From contig JAWOID010000115.1 of the NCBI GenBank assembly GCA_046484865.1, positions 1 to 26,196 on the forward strand: a DNA stretch of 26,196 nucleotides, read 5' to 3'. Positions 24,476 to 26,196 of this stretch are shown in pieces. Numbering within the stretch: the stretch's first letter is position 1; each line of letters opens with the position of its first letter. The position numbers and the translations under genes were made by a program. The stretch is from Candidatus Krumholzibacteriia bacterium (GTDB lineage: Bacteria > Krumholzibacteriota > Krumholzibacteriia > LZORAL124-64-63). The notes below the pieces were generated by a model. That model had not been told where the DNA came from, searched no databases, and saw nothing but the letters and a program-made list of their open reading frames with translations.

Positions 24476-25503
24476 GCAATCCGCCACTGGCCCTGGAGAT
24501 CGACGACCGACCGCCTGCCGGCTGGGACGATCTGGCGACCGTGGCCGCCGCCGACTTCTTCGCCACCGGCCTCTTCGTCACCGCCCTGGCGGAGCATCTG
24601 CCGGGCGCCCAACCACTGTTCCTGGCGTTGCGGCAGGGAGACCGGCTGGTGGCCGGGCTGCCCGCCATCCGGCGCGCACGCCGCGGGCTGGGCCGCTGGC
24701 ACAGCCTGCCCGACGGCACGACGGGCGGTCCGCTGGTGGCGCCGGACCTGCCCTCCGACCTGGCCGAACGAGCAGTCTCGCTCCTGACCGCCGAGTTCCG
24801 CGCCCGCCTGGGCGGACGCGAGATCACCGCCACGATGAGCCTCTCGGCCGAGTCGGACGCCTGCTGGCGGCCGCTGCTGGCCCGCGCCGGCTGGGAGCGC
24901 ATCTCGATCCCCACGTCCGTCATCCCGCTGGACGGCGGGCTCGCGCACGTGGAGTCCCAGGTGCTGCCCAAGAACCGTCGCAACGAGCGCAACCGCGGCC
25001 TGCGGCGGGGCGCGCGTCTCGCCACCACCACCGATCCGCAGGCCGCCGCCGATTTCCACGCCATCTACCGGGCGGCCGCCGCCGGCTGGGACGTGGAACC
25101 CACGCCGCTGCCGCTGGTCCAGCGACTGCTGCGGGACGGCGCCGGCCGCGTCTTCCTCTGCACCGCGCATCACGAGGGCGAACTGCTGGGCGCCCATCTC
25201 AACCTGCAGCACGGACGCCGGGTCACCGCCTGGCTGGGCGCCACGCGGCAGGAGCACGCCCGCACGCTCTTCCCGGCCACGCTGCTGGTGTGGCAGGGCC
25301 TGGTGGAGTGCGCCGCTCGCCACGTGGACCGCTTCGATCTGGGTGGCAGCGCCGGGCGCGCGCAGCTGGCGGAGTTCAAGCGTCTGCTCGGCGCCCGGAC
25401 CGAGGAGCGGGGCCTGTACCGGCGCGATGTGGCCTGGGCCGCCGCCCTGCGCCGGTTCCGTTCCCTGCCGACGCGTCCCGCGCCGCACCCGGGTCGCCCA
25501 TGA
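24472..25503 (+). CDS. FemAB/CelD-BcsL-like GNAT-fold acyl- or aminoacyl-transferase
   Basis: Double-GNAT pattern: SLPDGTTGGPL, KNRRNERNRGLRRG, PATLLVWQGLVECA...RFDLGGS...LAEFKRLLGA; ATGA overlaps on both sides. Confidence 0.78.
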   Translation: MSNPPLALEIDDRPPAGWDDLATVAAADFFATGLFVTALAEHLPGAQPLFLALRQGDRLVAGLPAIRRARRGLGRWHSLPDGTTGGPLVAPDLPSDLAERAVSLLTAEFRARLGGREITATMSLSAESDACWRPLLARAGWERISIPTSVIPLDGGLAHVESQVLPKNRRNERNRGLRRGARLATTTDPQAAADFHAIYRAAAAGWDVEPTPLPLVQRLLRDGAGRVFLCTAHHEGELLGAHLNLQHGRRVTAWLGATRQEHARTLFPATLLVWQGLVECAARHVDRFDLGGSAGRAQLAEFKRLLGARTEERGLYRRDVAWAAALRRFRSLPTRPAPHPGRP

Positions 25504-26196
25504 AGCTGGTGGCTGCGGGCTCGCGCATCCTGCTCAGTCGCCTGGGACAGGTGGCCGCCTTCGCTGCGGTGGCTCTGCTGGTGGCCGACCGGCTGGGGCC
25601 CGAGGGGCAGGGCCGCTACAGCCTCACCCTGGCGCTGGCCATGATCGTCGCCGCGACCCTCAACGCCGGCGTCGGGCTGGCCGCGGTGCCCCCGCTGCGG
25701 CGGGGCGACGTCCCGCCGGCGCGGCTCCTGCGCGCCCAGGCGCTCTGGATCGCCGCGGTCATGCTCCTGCTGGCGTTGCTGCTGGTGGTGGGCGCCGTCA
25801 CGGGCGCCGGCGCCGGACTGGCGCGCGAGCTCGGCTGGAGCCCGGTCTCCGCGGTCGCGGTGCTGCTGGCGGTCGCCGCCCTGGTCACCTTCGACGTGGT
25901 GAACTACGACCTGCTGGCAGCCGGTCACCTGCTGCTGGGGGCCGGGGTCAACCTGGTGCGCGGCATGGGGCACCTGCTGCTGGTGGGGCTCCTGGTCGCC
26001 GCCGGCGCCCTCGACCTCACCGGGGCGGTGGTCGCGTGGGCCGCGGCCCAGGTCTTCTCGGCGACGTACCTGGCGCGCCGGTTCTCGCGGTCGGTGGCGG
26101 AACCGGCGGCAACGCACCCCCGGACGTCGCGGGGACCGGCCGGCGCCGCGGCCGTGCCGCCCGTCCCGCCGCCCGCCCCGCCCGCCGCCGCAGCGG
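25500..26196 (+). CDS. Wzx-type (MOP superfamily) oligosaccharide flippase, truncated at the right edge
   Basis: Not in the ORF track. Hand translation from ATG 25500 (ATGA overlap): MKLVAAGSRILLSRLGQVAAFAAVALLVADRLGPEGQGRYSLTLALAMIVAATLNAGVGLAAV..., with the xRxLGPExxG motif and successive TM helices. Confidence 0.8.
   Translation, partial: MKLVAAGSRILLSRLGQVAAFAAVALLVADRLGPEGQGRYSLTLALAMIVAATLNAGVGLAAVPPLRRGDVPPARLLRAQALWIAAVMLLLALLLVVGAVTGAGAGLARELGWSPVSAVAVLLAVAALVTFDVVNYDLLAAGHLLLGAGVNLVRGMGHLLLVGLLVAAGALDLTGAVVAWAAAQVFSATYLARRFSRSVAEPAATHPRTSRGPAGAAAVPPVPPPAPPAAAA

Noticed and set aside
1..26196. CRISPR arrays, tRNA/rRNA genes, IS elements, integrases or a foreign-composition island
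   Set aside because: No spaced direct repeats, cloverleaf or rRNA-like sequence, or transposase motifs were seen. GC content looks uniformly high across the cluster, which suggests a native locus.

Overview
Very GC-rich bacterial chromosomal segment, probably from an FCB-superphylum lineage such as Ca. Krumholzibacteriota, Latescibacterota or Eisenbacteria. That assignment is an inference from the DUF2723 gene and the PorZ/T9SS-CTD-like protein. The left 6.4 kb holds housekeeping and envelope genes: a truncated secreted protein, a LolA-like protein paired with an S41 lipoprotein peptidase, adenosine deaminase, and a CBM48-GH13 enzyme. It also has a parS-like palindrome, a terminator and several clear sigma70-type promoters. 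From 6.5 kb to the right edge runs a + strand, tightly coupled cell-surface glycosylation cluster of 13 genes in about three promoter-defined modules: (1) GT4 with an apparent CTG start and a UPF0104 flippase-like protein; (2) TMEM260/DUF2723-type GT-C, UDP-sugar epimerase, ArnC/RgtE-like GT2 and a WbbL-like GT2; (3) YfhO-type GT-C, Ppm1/DPM1-like GT2, a GT2 fused to an apparently dead phosphoglycosyl transferase, a PorZ-like beta-propeller with a T9SS-type C-terminal domain, a soluble CapD/PglF-like dehydratase, a FemAB-like GNAT and a Wzx flippase (truncated). The best candidate for an undescribed system is this cluster, which may couple polyprenyl-phosphate-sugar-dependent (protein?) glycosylation to T9SS-like cargo anchoring on a surface glycan. 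All family calls come from motif recognition by eye; no searches were run. No rRNA, tRNA, CRISPR array or mobile element was seen.
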